Positions 1 through 9,521 of a DNA stretch of 64,000 nucleotides are shown piece by piece (within the stretch, counting starts at the first letter, position 1; every line of letters begins with the position of its first letter). The notes beneath the pieces were generated by a model. It had not been told where the DNA came from and did not search any database. It saw nothing but the letters and a program-made list of their open reading frames with translations. The position numbers and the translations under genes were made by a program. Location of the stretch: NCBI GenBank assembly GCA_035531615.1, contig DATKSQ010000093.1:45700-109699 (forward strand), read 5' to 3'. The stretch comes from Candidatus Binataceae bacterium. Its GTDB lineage: Bacteria > Desulfobacterota > Binatia > Binatales > Binataceae.

Positions 1-14
1 GGCAGGCGGCATCA

Positions 15-1154
15 ATGGCGGCACAACCACCGCAGCGGTTTTCCCTTATCACCGACCAGAGCGTTGCCGGGCTGCGCAAGCTGATCGGCGTGGTGATCGA
101 GGATACCATCGAACCCTGGTGCCACGAGGCGTCCCGCGACAATATCCGCCACTGGGCGCACGGGATTGGCGACGATAATCCGCTCTGGTGCGACCCCGAG
201 TATGCGCGCAAATCGCAATTCGGGCGGCTGGCCGCGCCGCCGTCGTTCATCTTTCCGCTCGATCGTGTCTTCAGCGGCTACGTTGGCGGATTGGCGGGCG
301 TGCATGCGATGTTCGCCGGTATCGACGTGACATGGCATCGGCCGATGCTGCATGGCGACGAGTTTCATACGCGGATCTGGCTGAAGGATTTGATCGAGCA
401 TCAGACGCGCTTCGCGGGGCGCTCGATCCAGCAGGTCTATCGGTGCGAATTTATGAATCAGCGCGGCGAGATGGTCGCCGAAGGCGATAGCTGGTGCTTT
501 CGCACGGAACGTGACACGGCGCGTGAACGCGGCGTCAAGTACACGGAGCTCAAGGCCAGAAAGCCGGTCTATTACACGCGCGAAGAGCTTGCGAAAATTT
601 TCGCCGTGTATGAGGCCGAGGAAATCCGCGGCGCAAATCCGCGCTATATCGAGGACGTGACCCCCGGCGAAAAGCTGCCGCAAATGGTCAAGGGCCCGAT
701 GACCGCGACCGGCTTCATCGCGTTCGCGCAGGGCTGGGGCGGGCTGTATATTCGCGCCAACAAACTCGCGTGGCGCCAGCTCAAGAAGCATCCCGGATTG
801 GGTGTTCCGAACAAGTTCGGCATTCCCGATATCCCCGAACGGGTCCATTGGGAGGACGACCTTGCGATCCTGGTTGGCACGCCGGCCGCTTACGACTACG
901 GGCCGGAGCGCTGCTCCTGGATGACGCATCATCTGACCAACTGGATCGGCGACGCGGGTTTCCTGAGCCATATAGAAGTTCAGATTCGCCGGCATAATCC
1001 GGTCGGCGACACGATCTATATAAACGGCGAGGTGAAACGGATGTTCGCCGATGGCGGCGCGCACTACGCCGAAATCGAGCAGACCGCCGTGCAGCAGGAC
1101 GGCGAGTTATCGGTTCGAGCCACCGCTATCGTGCGCCTGCCCTCGCGCGCCTAA
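15..1154 (+). CDS. MaoC-like double hot-dog acyl dehydratase / enoyl-CoA hydratase family protein
   Basis: 379-aa ORF. The N-terminal half (WAHGIGDDNPLWCDPEYA) and the second hot-dog-like half resemble MaoC/FAS1-type dehydratase pairs. Family-level recognition only. Confidence 0.55.
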   Translation: MAAQPPQRFSLITDQSVAGLRKLIGVVIEDTIEPWCHEASRDNIRHWAHGIGDDNPLWCDPEYARKSQFGRLAAPPSFIFPLDRVFSGYVGGLAGVHAMFAGIDVTWHRPMLHGDEFHTRIWLKDLIEHQTRFAGRSIQQVYRCEFMNQRGEMVAEGDSWCFRTERDTARERGVKYTELKARKPVYYTREELAKIFAVYEAEEIRGANPRYIEDVTPGEKLPQMVKGPMTATGFIAFAQGWGGLYIRANKLAWRQLKKHPGLGVPNKFGIPDIPERVHWEDDLAILVGTPAAYDYGPERCSWMTHHLTNWIGDAGFLSHIEVQIRRHNPVGDTIYINGEVKRMFADGGAHYAEIEQTAVQQDGELSVRATAIVRLPSRA

Positions 1155-1399
1155 GGCGTCCGCATCAGTTGCGGAATAAACGGGTTGATTAAAAACTCCT
1201 TATCTCGAACTTGCCTGATCGGGATTAAGTCCTTATGCTGCGCAGTTAACTGGCGAAGGCGATGCGGCCCGGGGGGCGCGGCTTACGTCTGGCGGAAGAT
1301 TGCGCCGCCGAGCGCGCGTAAACCCGCCGGCCAGGCATATAGATTCGCATTTTCAGGAGCCGCCTTCGACGGCGCGCTGCCAGGAGGAAGCAGAGCACG

Positions 1400-1639
1400 A
1401 TGGCATCAGATATCGAAACCAAGATTCGCGAGAAGATCAGCGAACAACTGGGCGTGGCCGTCGACGAAGTGAAACCCGAGTCGTCGTTTATCGAAGATCT
1501 CGGCGCGGATTCGCTCGATATCGTCGAGCTGGTCATGGCGCTCGAAGAGGAGTTCAACATCGAGATCTCCGACGAGGACGCGGAGAAGATTCGCACGGTC
1601 AAGGACGTCGTCGGCTATATCGAGGCGCACAAGAGCTGA
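1400..1639 (+). CDS. acpP: acyl carrier protein
   Basis: 79 aa with the canonical [19 protein letters not shown] phosphopantetheine-Ser motif. AGGAGG-like SD upstream. Confidence 0.9.
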   Translation: MASDIETKIREKISEQLGVAVDEVKPESSFIEDLGADSLDIVELVMALEEEFNIEISDEDAEKIRTVKDVVGYIEAHKS

Positions 1640-1674
1640 GCAGCCGCCCTTCATCACGAGTTCCTGACTCGAAA

Positions 1675-1710
1675 CCCGCCGCGGCGCGCGCGATTGCGTC
1701 CCGCGGCGGG
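1675..1710 (+). terminator. GC-rich hairpin downstream of acpP (possible terminator, no T-run)
   Basis: cccgccgcgg (1675-1684) is perfectly complementary to ccgcggcggg (1701-1710) across a 16-nt loop. Confidence 0.3.
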
Positions 1711-1751
1711 CGCACGATCACGGCGCGATAAGGTCATCGGAGAGACGAGCG

Positions 1752-2264
1752 ATGCGCTGTCCGTTCTGCAAGCATCGCGGCAACCGCGTTATCGATTCGC
1801 GCCTGTCCGGCGACGCTTCGACCATCCGCAGGCGCCGGGTCTGCTCCGCGTGCAAGCGGCGCTTCACCACCCGCGAGCGGGTCGAGGAATCGGCGCCGAT
1901 GGTGGTGAAGAAGGACGGGCGGCGCGAGCCCTTCGATCGCGCGAAAATTATCGGCGGACTCAAACGCGCTTGCGAGAAGCGCCCGGTCTCGATGGAAACG
2001 ATCGAGGAGATCGCCAATCGGATTGAAACCCAGGCGGGCGAGAGCGGCGGCAAGGAAATTCCCACCTCCGAGGTCGGCTCCGCGGTCATGAACGAATTGC
2101 ATCGTATCGATCAGGTCGCCTACGTTCGGTTCGCCTCGGTGTACCGATCGTTCAAGGATATCGACGAATTCATGCACGAGCTCGAAGACCTGATTCGCGT
2201 CCGCAAAGAGACGCTGGGCGCGCTCGGCGAGGCGCGGGCCTCAGGCAAGAAGAGTGACACCTGA
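1752..2264 (+). CDS. nrdR: transcriptional repressor NrdR
   Basis: N-terminal zinc ribbon MRCPFCKH...[12 protein letters not shown] followed by an ATP-cone-like region. 170 aa. Confidence 0.9.
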   Translation: MRCPFCKHRGNRVIDSRLSGDASTIRRRRVCSACKRRFTTRERVEESAPMVVKKDGRREPFDRAKIIGGLKRACEKRPVSMETIEEIANRIETQAGESGGKEIPTSEVGSAVMNELHRIDQVAYVRFASVYRSFKDIDEFMHELEDLIRVRKETLGALGEARASGKKSDT

Positions 2265-3387
2265 CGCCGGCTCGGCGGCCGCGGCCGCGCGCGACCGCCG
2301 CCTGATGGGCGCGGCGCTTATGCTCGCGCGATCGAATCTGGGGCTTACGTCACCCAACCCGTCGGTCGGATGCGTCATAGTCCGCTCCGGCAAAATCGTC
2401 GGACGCGGCGCGACCGCGCCCGGTGGCCGTCCGCACGCCGAGGTCATCGCGCTGGCGCAGGCCGGTGGGCGGGCGCGCGGCGCAACCGCCTACGTCACCC
2501 TCGAACCGTGCGCGCATCGGGGCCAGACGCCGCCGTGTGCGCGGGCGCTCGCCCTGGCCGGATTGGCGCGGGTGGTGATCGGATGCCTGGATCGCTATCC
2601 CGCCGTGCGTGGACGTGGCGCAGCGATACTGCGCCGCGCCGGAATCGAAGTGACCACCGGCATGCTCGAGGACGAATGCGTTCGCGTATGCGAGGGCTTC
2701 TTCGTTCGCGTCACCCGCCGGCGCCCGCTGGGTTTGCTCAAACTCGCGATCTCGCTCGACGGGCGAATCGCCGCGGCCTCAGGCGACTCGAAATGGATCA
2801 GCTCGCCCCAGTCGCGCGCGATCGCGCATCGATGGCGCCGGGAGTGCGACGCGGTGATCGTCGGCGCGGGAACAGTGCTCGCCGACGATCCGCGGCTGAC
2901 GTGCCGAATCGAGGGCGGACGCGATCCGGTGCGGGTAATCGTCGATGCGCGCCTGCGGATATCTCCCGACGCGCGCGTGTTGCGCGAGCGCTCGGCGGCG
3001 GGCGCGATTATCGTGACCACCAAGGCCAATCTGGCGCGCGCCCGGCGCCGATACGCCGGTTCGCGTATCGAGGTTATGGGAGTCCCGAGCCGTGGGCGCG
3101 GCGCGATAGATCTGGCGGCGATGATGCGCGAGTTCGGGCATCGCGGATGGAACCAGGTCATGTTCGAGGGCGGCGCGCATCTTGCCGCGGCGGCGCTCGA
3201 GGCGGGAATTATCGATCGGGTCGCGTTTTTTATCGCGCCCAAGATTGTCGGTGCGGGACTCGCCGCAATCGAAGGGCTGGCGACGCGCCAGATTCGCGAT
3301 GCAATCGCGCTCGGCGGCCTGACAGTTCGTCCGGTCGGCTCCGATCTGCTGGTTGAAGGGCGCGTGCTGCCGAGGCGGCGCTCGTGA
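2254..3387 (+). CDS. ribD: bifunctional riboflavin biosynthesis deaminase/reductase RibD
   Basis: HAEVIAL and [11 protein letters not shown] deaminase zinc motifs plus a C-terminal reductase half. GTG start overlaps the nrdR stop. Confidence 0.85.
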   Translation: MTPDAGSAAAAARDRRLMGAALMLARSNLGLTSPNPSVGCVIVRSGKIVGRGATAPGGRPHAEVIALAQAGGRARGATAYVTLEPCAHRGQTPPCARALALAGLARVVIGCLDRYPAVRGRGAAILRRAGIEVTTGMLEDECVRVCEGFFVRVTRRRPLGLLKLAISLDGRIAAASGDSKWISSPQSRAIAHRWRRECDAVIVGAGTVLADDPRLTCRIEGGRDPVRVIVDARLRISPDARVLRERSAAGAIIVTTKANLARARRRYAGSRIEVMGVPSRGRGAIDLAAMMREFGHRGWNQVMFEGGAHLAAAALEAGIIDRVAFFIAPKIVGAGLAAIEGLATRQIRDAIALGGLTVRPVGSDLLVEGRVLPRRRS

Positions 3388-3459
3388 TAGCGCCGGCATA
3401 TGGCGCGCTGGTCGCGTATCCAGCCGGGTGATAGGATCCGGAGCCTGCGAGTAAACCTG

Positions 3460-4671
3460 ATGCCGAATTTATCGCTTGAAGACGTTTTCAGCCGGATCCG
3501 CGACGCGAAGATGGTCGTGATGGTTGCCGAGGAGCGCGACGACGCGCAAGGCGATCTGGTGATGGCGGCGGAAAAGGTCACCCCCGAACATGTCAATTTT
3601 ATGGCGCGCGAGGCACGCGGCGTGGTCTCGATCGCGATTACCGACAAACGGATGCGCGAGCTTGGCGTTCCGCTGGCGACCGCTTCGGATAGCGGTACCT
3701 CGTCCGAGCAGGCCGGAGTTCTGGTCGAAGCGCGTGAGGGAGTCACCACCGGAATCTCGACCAGCGATCGCGCGCGGACGATCCAGGTGATCGCCTCGAA
3801 AACCACCGGCCCCGAAGACATCGTGATGCCTGGCCATGTGCTGCCGCTGATGGCGCTGGCGGGTGGCGTGATGATGCGCAACGGACGCGCGGAAGGCGCG
3901 GTCGATCTGGTGCGATCAGCGGGCTTGGCGCCTGCCGCCGCGCTATGCACGATTCTGCGCGACGATGGCGAGGCGGCGCGGCTCGAGGACCTGAGGGAAT
4001 TCGCGCTCCGGCACGAGCTGCCGATCGTTTTCGTCCGGGAGCTGGTGTCCTATCGTCTGACCAACGAGACTCTTGTGCAGCGCGTCTCCGACGTTGCCTT
4101 TCCGCTGCTCGAGGGCGCCTTCAAGGCCGTAATCTTCCGCAATATCGTTGACGGCAGAGAGCATCTGGCGCTGGTCAAAGGCAATGTCGGCGGCGGACGC
4201 GGCGCGCTGGTGCGGTTGCACTCGGAATGCCTGACCGGCGACGTGTTCGAGTCGCGCCGCTGCGACTGCGGCGAGCAATTGCAGGAGTCGGTGAGTCGGA
4301 TTCTGGAAGCCGAAGCGGGCGTGATCATCTATCTGCATCAGGAAGGGCGCGGAATCGGGCTCGGGAACAAGATTCGGGCTTATGCGCTCCAGGACACGGG
4401 GCTGGACACGGTCGAGGCGAATCTCGAGCTCGGCTTTGACGACGACATGCGCGATTACGGAATCGGCGCGCAGATTTTGCGCGACCTTGGCGTCGGCGAG
4501 GTGCGGCTCCTGACCAATAATCCGCACAAGATTGAAAGCCTGCGGCGCTACGGAGTGAGTGTTACCCGGGTCGCGCTCGAAATTGTGCCGCACGACGGCA
4601 ATATCGGTTATCTGCGCACCAAAAAAGAAAAACTCGGACATCTGCTTTCGGAGCTCAAGCTCCTGACCTGA
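3460..4671 (+). CDS. ribBA: bifunctional 3,4-dihydroxy-2-butanone-4-phosphate synthase / GTP cyclohydrolase II
   Basis: RibB-like N-terminus ([12 protein letters not shown]) and the GCH-II motif [23 protein letters not shown]. The ATG at 3460 fits conserved N-terminal length better than the track start at 3400. Confidence 0.9.
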   Translation: MPNLSLEDVFSRIRDAKMVVMVAEERDDAQGDLVMAAEKVTPEHVNFMAREARGVVSIAITDKRMRELGVPLATASDSGTSSEQAGVLVEAREGVTTGISTSDRARTIQVIASKTTGPEDIVMPGHVLPLMALAGGVMMRNGRAEGAVDLVRSAGLAPAAALCTILRDDGEAARLEDLREFALRHELPIVFVRELVSYRLTNETLVQRVSDVAFPLLEGAFKAVIFRNIVDGREHLALVKGNVGGGRGALVRLHSECLTGDVFESRRCDCGEQLQESVSRILEAEAGVIIYLHQEGRGIGLGNKIRAYALQDTGLDTVEANLELGFDDDMRDYGIGAQILRDLGVGEVRLLTNNPHKIESLRRYGVSVTRVALEIVPHDGNIGYLRTKKEKLGHLLSELKLLT

Positions 4672-4689
4672 GCAGCGGCGCGAAGATCC

Positions 4690-5136
4690 ATGGGCATTCG
4701 ACACGAAGGGCGCGAGCTTGCGCTCAAAGCGCTGTACCGAATCGATATCTGCGGCGGCGCCTCGAACGAAGACCTGATGGCGTTCTTCGACAGCTTTCCG
4801 GCCGACCCGCGGGTGCGGAGCTTCGCGATGCTCCTGGTCGATGGCGTGTGCGGCGACATTCCGGCGCTGGATAAATCGGTGGCCGACGCGCTCGAGCATT
4901 GGACGCTTAAGCGCCTGTCGCGCGTTGACCTCAACATCCTGCGCATGGCGCTTTACGAGTTGATGCGGATCGAGGACATCCCGGCGCGGGTCACGATCGA
5001 TGAGGCGATCGAACTGGCCAAATGCTACGGCGATCAGGACTCGGGGCGCTTCGTCAACGGCGTGCTCGACCAGCTCGCGTCGCGCTTGAATCTGAAGCGC
5101 AAGGGCGAAGGGACCGATGCGTCCGATGCCGGCTGA
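4690..5136 (+). CDS. nusB: transcription antitermination factor NusB
   Basis: 148 aa, NusB-like helical protein (REEALKALY-type N-terminus). Conserved position after the rib genes. Confidence 0.85.
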   Translation: MGIRHEGRELALKALYRIDICGGASNEDLMAFFDSFPADPRVRSFAMLLVDGVCGDIPALDKSVADALEHWTLKRLSRVDLNILRMALYELMRIEDIPARVTIDEAIELAKCYGDQDSGRFVNGVLDQLASRLNLKRKGEGTDASDAG

Positions 5137-5213
5137 TTTGGCGAAGAACCTCCACGCCTCGATAAGGGAAGATTTGTAGCCGCGCGCGGGCCGGTGCGGC
5201 AGGGTGGGGCACG

Positions 5214-6311
5214 ATGGCGCTCGAGAGCGCACTCGCATTTCTCAAGTCGGCGGGATCGCGAAAATCGCTCGAACCCGCGATCGTGATTTTCGGCCCGCAC
5301 GCGTTCCTGCGCGAGGCTGTGCTCGCATCGCTGGTCGCGCCCCTGCTCGGCGCCGGCTACCAGTACCGTTCCTTCCACATTTCCTCGAGCGCCGATTTCG
5401 ATCGCGCGCTCGAAGAGGCGCGCGCGCCCGATCTCTTCGCGTCCAAACGCGTCGTCGTATGCCGCGTGCTCAAGGCGCTTCGCGAGCGCGCGGGCGGCGA
5501 GGATGCCGGCGATGCAGGCGAGGCGGACGACGCGCCGAGCCGCGGCGGATCGGCGCGCGGCGGCGAAGCGGCGGTTGCCGAGGCGCTCGAGTCCGCGCGC
5601 GGCCCGAATCATCTCGTGCTGGTCTATGAGCGCGACAACGCCCCGGCGAAGATTCGCCGCGCGGCTGAAAAATCCGCGCTGTTCATCGGATGCAATCGCC
5701 CATACGACAATCAGGTTCCCGAATATGCCGGCGCGCTCGCGCTCGCGCGCGGCCTGCGCCTTGCCCCCGGCGTCGCGCAGGCGATGGCGGAGCGGCATTC
5801 GGGAGATCTCGCGGCGATAGCCAATGCGATCGCGAAGGCGGCGATCATAGCCGAGCCGGGCCATCCGATCGGCCCCGGCGAACTGAGCGACCCCGGCGCG
5901 CGGCGGATGCCCGAAGTCTTCGAGATCGCGGACAGCCTCGCGCGCGGACGCGCCGCGGTGGCGATCGCGCAGATCGACCGCGCGCTCGCGCTGGGACGCG
6001 ACCCGATCGAAATTCTGGCGGTCGAGATTATTCCGGGGATGCGCAGGATGATGATCGCGGCGGCGATGCTCTCGCGCCGGCGCAGGCCGGACGAGATTGC
6101 CGCGGCGCTGGGCGGATCGCCGGGCGGCGGGTTTGCGACCCGCGCGATCGAGGGGGCGCGGCGCTACGGTTCCAGACGCCTCGAACGCGCCTATCGGCGC
6201 GCGGCGGAACTCGATGAAGGATTCAAGAACGGCCGGATCAAGGAACGCGAGCAGGCAATCGGTGCGATGCTGATCGAGCTGATGGCCGCGCAGGAATCCG
6301 CGCGCGCGTGA
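5214..6311 (+). CDS. holA: DNA polymerase III delta subunit
   Basis: 365 aa. HolA-like layout (IVIFGPHAFL..., DLFASKRVVV, C-terminal helical domain). Lies convergent with, and adjacent to, rpsT, a neighbourhood seen in many genomes. Confidence 0.6.
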   Translation: MALESALAFLKSAGSRKSLEPAIVIFGPHAFLREAVLASLVAPLLGAGYQYRSFHISSSADFDRALEEARAPDLFASKRVVVCRVLKALRERAGGEDAGDAGEADDAPSRGGSARGGEAAVAEALESARGPNHLVLVYERDNAPAKIRRAAEKSALFIGCNRPYDNQVPEYAGALALARGLRLAPGVAQAMAERHSGDLAAIANAIAKAAIIAEPGHPIGPGELSDPGARRMPEVFEIADSLARGRAAVAIAQIDRALALGRDPIEILAVEIIPGMRRMMIAAAMLSRRRRPDEIAAALGGSPGGGFATRAIEGARRYGSRRLERAYRRAAELDEGFKNGRIKEREQAIGAMLIELMAAQESARA

Positions 6312-6474
6312 GAGTTCGTAGTTTTTGATCGCTAGCGTTTGGTATCATCCTGAGCGAGCGCTGCGCGAGTCGAAGGATCCCTGAAGAACTCGGGGTCTTT
6401 CGACTCCGGCCGCAGCGGCCTCCGCTCAAGATGACACAAAATAGAGCACGGCGCGAAAACGCACAATCCTTGAG
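6311..6474 (-). mobile_element. MITE-like repeat, copy A (short variant, inverted relative to copies B and C)
   Basis: Its reverse complement aligns with 7119-7312 and 40311-40502 (gtcatcttgagcggaggccgctgcggccggagtcgaaagaccccgag...cgcgcagcgctcgctcaggatga). It lacks an internal module of about 35 bp. Confidence 0.7.
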
Positions 6475-6557
6475 CGCGGCCGCTTGCCAAGGTTGCTTGC
6501 GCGATATCCGTGCCGCGAAGCCATCGCCGCGGCTCCGGGCCGCGCGCGGCGGCTGAT

Positions 6558-6848
6558 CTATTGAGTGGCGGCCTTGCCGTGCGCTTTGTGTAAGCGCTTG
6601 CTCAGGCGTGCGATTTGGCGGCGCACGGTGTTGCGATGCATCGTTCCCTTGCTCTGGGCTTTCTGGAGCGCGCGTGACGCGGCCCTGAGCTTGGCTGCTC
6701 CATCGGCGGCGTCCGCGCCGGCGATAGCCTCGACCGCGAGCTTCACGGTGGTGCGCACATGAGCCTTGATCGCATGATTGCGCTCGGCGCGTTTAAGGTT
6801 TTGGCGATGGCGCTTTTCCGCCGACGGATGAACTGGAATATGCGGCAT
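6558..6848 (-). CDS. rpsT: 30S ribosomal protein S20
   Basis: 96 aa. SAEKRHRQNLKRAERNHAIKAHVRT is the typical S20 N-terminus. Confidence 0.9.
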   Translation of the reverse strand: MPHIPVHPSAEKRHRQNLKRAERNHAIKAHVRTTVKLAVEAIAGADAADGAAKLRAASRALQKAQSKGTMHRNTVRRQIARLSKRLHKAHGKAATQ

Positions 6849-6939
6849 AACCCCGCATTATTGCCAGCGCCAATGACGCGGGTCAACACCACCGCCCGGA
6901 TGGCCAGTCGTTTTGAGAGCTGACGATTCCCGACGCTGA

Positions 6940-7118
6940 GGCGCTATTCCCGCGCGCGAGGAATTCCAACTGGCAGGTCACTGCATGTGACGCGGATCGG
7001 AGCATAGCCGCCTCGGGATTTCTCGCCTTTGGCTCGAAATGACGGTTGGTGGCTTCGGCGGTGGCTACGATACGCATGCACCAAGCCAAGATACGTCATT
7101 TCGACCCCTTCGATGTTG
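6940..7118. repeat. Composite of short REP-like modules (gtcatttcga / cgggatttctcg / cctgagc...cgaagg types)
   Basis: 7013-7042 is the reverse complement of the left module of 54021-54148. tcgaaatgacg and cgtcatttcga form an inverted pair. 7095-7123 matches the right module of the 54-kb copy. Confidence 0.5.
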
Positions 7119-7312
7119 CTCAGAGTTTGTGATTTTTTCGGGCTCGGCTCAATTTCGTGTCATTTTGAGCGGAGGCCGTTGCGGCCGAAGTCGAAAGACC
7201 CCGAGTTTTTCCCGGGGTCCGGAGCTTGCCCTGAGCACTGCCGAAGGGACTCGCGCAGCGCTCGCTCACGATGACACAAAACGCTAACGATCAAGAAATC
7301 ACAAACTCTGAG
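7119..7312 (+). mobile_element. MITE-like repeat, copy B (194 bp, 17-bp perfect terminal inverted repeats)
   Basis: The left end ctcagagtttgtgattt is the exact reverse complement of the right end aaatcacaaactctgag. The interior aligns with copies A and C. Confidence 0.75.
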
Positions 7313-7445
7313 GACAGCTCTCGCGCGGCAGCCGCAGCCTGCCCTGAGCGATGTCGAAGGGCGCGGGTAATGACAGAAAAAGACTGCGATGGAGCAGAGC
7401 CTTCGTCACTTCGTTATGCAGTAATTATAATAGGAGAAGCCAGCC

Positions 7446-7661
7446 ATGCCAACTACGAACACGAGAACCCGCGGTGTGCGCGACCGATTTGATGGATTCG
7501 CGGTCGAGATTTTTCCTGATGATCAGCACGACTACGTCGCGCACTTTCCGGAATTGCCCAACGTCTCGGCGTTTGGCCGCACTCCCGCCAAGGCGCTCGC
7601 CGAACTCGCCATCGCGTGGGAGCTCGTGAAGGAAGTGTGCGTCCACGAGGGCCCTTATTGA
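7446..7661 (+). CDS. HicB-like antitoxin N-terminal domain protein (orphan, possibly truncated)
   Basis: 71 aa with AGGAGA SD. YVAHFPELPNVSAFGRTPAKALAELAIAWELVKE fits the HicB/UPF0150 pattern. No HicA partner and no C-terminal DNA-binding domain. The stop codon lies inside a MITE terminal repeat. Confidence 0.5.
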   Translation: MPTTNTRTRGVRDRFDGFAVEIFPDDQHDYVAHFPELPNVSAFGRTPAKALAELAIAWELVKEVCVHEGPY

Positions 7662-7871
7662 GTCCTGCATATCATAGTGACAATTCCGCTCTTGCTCGAT
7701 GGCCTGGCGTGTCATTCCCGCGCGTGGCTGCCGCGCGAGGAATCCCGGTCTTCTCGTCCGCCGCAGTCCTGCAGTCCGGGATTCCTCGCGCACGCCGGCC
7801 ACGCGCGCGGGAATCACACAAGGTGGCGCGCTGGAGCGGGTCGACGTCACTATCTTGTGCAGGACTCAATA
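7656..7871. mobile_element. Palindromic MITE (216 bp) with about 26-bp terminal inverted repeats
   Basis: tattgagtcctgcatatcatagtgac (7656-7681) pairs with gtcactatcttgtgcaggactcaata (7846-7871). The interior is itself a long imperfect palindrome (gtcattcccgcgcg...cgcgcgggaatcac). Confidence 0.75.
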
Positions 7872-8663
7872 GTCGTCGGGGCGGACTGTTCTCTTCGCTT
7901 CCTGCCATAGCGATTCTATCTGCTCCGGGGTGCTCGCTTTCAAATCGAGGCCGCGGGCGGTGGCGAGTTCTTCGAGCGCGGCGAACCTTGCGATGAATTT
8001 GTCGCACGCGCGGCGCAGCGTTTCTTCCGCGTTGGCGCCGATAAAGCGCGGCGCGTTCGCCGCAGCGAGCATCAGGTCGCCGAGCTCCTCGGCCAGCATC
8101 GCGAGGTCGCCGCGCGCGAGCGCCGCTTCGGCCTCCTCGAGTTCCTCGCGCACCTTGGCGAGCACCTCGCGCGCTCCTGCCCAGTCCATCCCGAGCCGCC
8201 GCGCCGCCTCGCCGAGCTTCTCGGCGCGCATCAGAGCGGGCAGCGCGCGTCCGGTATCGGCAAGGGGCGAGGTTGCGCCGGCACGCCGCGCGGCCTTTTC
8301 CCGCGCCTTGATCTGGTCCCACTGTTCGAGGATCTCAGCGACGGTCTCGGCCTTCGCGCCGGCGTAGACGTGCGGATGACGCCGGATGAGCTTGTCGGCC
8401 GCGAGGCTCAGCACGCCGGCGAGATCCGGCGCGGCGCTTTCCGCGGCAATGATTGCGCTCGAGCACGCCTGGACGATCAGGTCGCCGAGTTCCTCGGCAA
8501 TCTTGGCGCGATCGCCAGCCGCGATCGCGTCGGCGGATTCGTAGGCTTCCTCGATCAGTTTGCGCGGCGCGTCGGCGAGCGTCTGCTCACGGTCCCACGC
8601 GCACTTTGCGCGCAGCTCCCGGACGACCGCGATGAGCCGCGCGAATTCCCTTTCCTCATTCAT
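7866..8663 (-). CDS. mazG: nucleoside triphosphate pyrophosphohydrolase MazG
   Basis: 265 aa with two MazG repeats (EEAYESADAI...EELGDLIVQ and EELEEAEAAL...EELGDLML). Confidence 0.85.
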   Translation of the reverse strand: MNEEREFARLIAVVRELRAKCAWDREQTLADAPRKLIEEAYESADAIAAGDRAKIAEELGDLIVQACSSAIIAAESAAPDLAGVLSLAADKLIRRHPHVYAGAKAETVAEILEQWDQIKAREKAARRAGATSPLADTGRALPALMRAEKLGEAARRLGMDWAGAREVLAKVREELEEAEAALARGDLAMLAEELGDLMLAAANAPRFIGANAEETLRRACDKFIARFAALEELATARGLDLKASTPEQIESLWQEAKRTVRPDDY

Positions 8664-9406
8664 GCCGTGAGGATCGGCGACAGCACCTTCGCGCCCAGAA
8701 ACTTCGACAAGTCTTCCAGGCCGTCGGCGGTGATTTCGTGTCCGCAGTCATATTCCTTGTACGCGACCGGCACCCGCAGCTCGCGCAGGTTCTCGACCGA
8801 GGCGCGGGCGCGCGCGATTTCGATCATGTCGTCGCCGCGGCCGTGCTGGACTAGCGTGGGCAACCGCTCGAGCGCCTCACGATCCGTGACCGCGCCTTTA
8901 AGCTCGGGCGGAAACCAGGTCGAGAGCGCGACCAGCGCCGCGTAACGCGCCGGATTGCCGAGCGCGAGCGTATAGGCCATGAATCCGCCCTGGCTGAAGC
9001 CCAGGACCACCAGCTTGCGGCGATCGACCGGGTAGCGCTCGAGCGCGGAATCGACGAACCGCGCGGCCGTCTTGCCTGCGTTTTCGATCGCCTCGCGATC
9101 CGGCGTTCCGCCCATCCGAATCGGGAACCATCCGTAGCCGCGCGTCGGTCCGATCGGAACTTCGATCGCGCCCTGCGGGCAGATGACCATAAACTTTCCG
9201 TCGGCGATGTACGGCGCCAGACCGATCAGATCGAGCGCGCTGGCGCCCCATCCGTGCATCGCGATGATCGTCGGATGCGGACCCGTGCCGGCGGGCTCAT
9301 AAACCGTGTGAATCAAATCCATCGCGCCATAACCTCCCGGAGCGCCGGATGCGGCATCATAGGATGTGCGCGGAGCCATACGCCAGCCCGCATCCCCCCT
9401 GTTCAT
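8660..9406 (-). CDS. alpha/beta hydrolase (phospholipase/carboxylesterase family)
   Basis: GFSQGG nucleophile elbow and a C-terminal His region. The stop overlaps the mazG start by 4 nt. The true start may be an internal Met (9379 or 9322). Confidence 0.7.
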   Translation of the reverse strand: MNRGDAGWRMAPRTSYDAASGAPGGYGAMDLIHTVYEPAGTGPHPTIIAMHGWGASALDLIGLAPYIADGKFMVICPQGAIEVPIGPTRGYGWFPIRMGGTPDREAIENAGKTAARFVDSALERYPVDRRKLVVLGFSQGGFMAYTLALGNPARYAALVALSTWFPPELKGAVTDREALERLPTLVQHGRGDDMIEIARARASVENLRELRVPVAYKEYDCGHEITADGLEDLSKFLGAKVLSPILTA

Positions 9407-9521
9407 CGGGCGCGCTATGTCGGCTATGGTAACGGGCGTCGCGGACGCGCGCGCGACTCATTTAACTTGCGGATTTTCTTGCCGATGATCTCGAACAATC
9501 TAATCTGATGGTCTTGCGCTG

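Noticed and set aside
1154-1399. Possible riboswitch or leader upstream of acpP, and an FMN riboswitch near the rib genes
   Set aside because: I could not recognise any conserved riboswitch core. ribD overlaps nrdR, which leaves no leader. This needs an Infernal scan to be certain.
2595-3950. 451-aa minus-strand ORF, plus other long antisense or alternate-frame ORFs (3943-5238, 17872-19281, 40538-41803, 43034-44326, 49295-50836, 57873-59252, 59537-60826, 60941-62161, 63250-63984)
   Set aside because: Each overlaps a strongly supported housekeeping gene on the opposite strand or in another frame, and lacks recognisable motifs.
7029-7492. Small ORFs 7029-7274, 7039-7287 and 7271-7492
   Set aside because: They lie within or across MITE copy B and adjacent repeat modules. 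They have no SD sequences and repeat-derived sequence.
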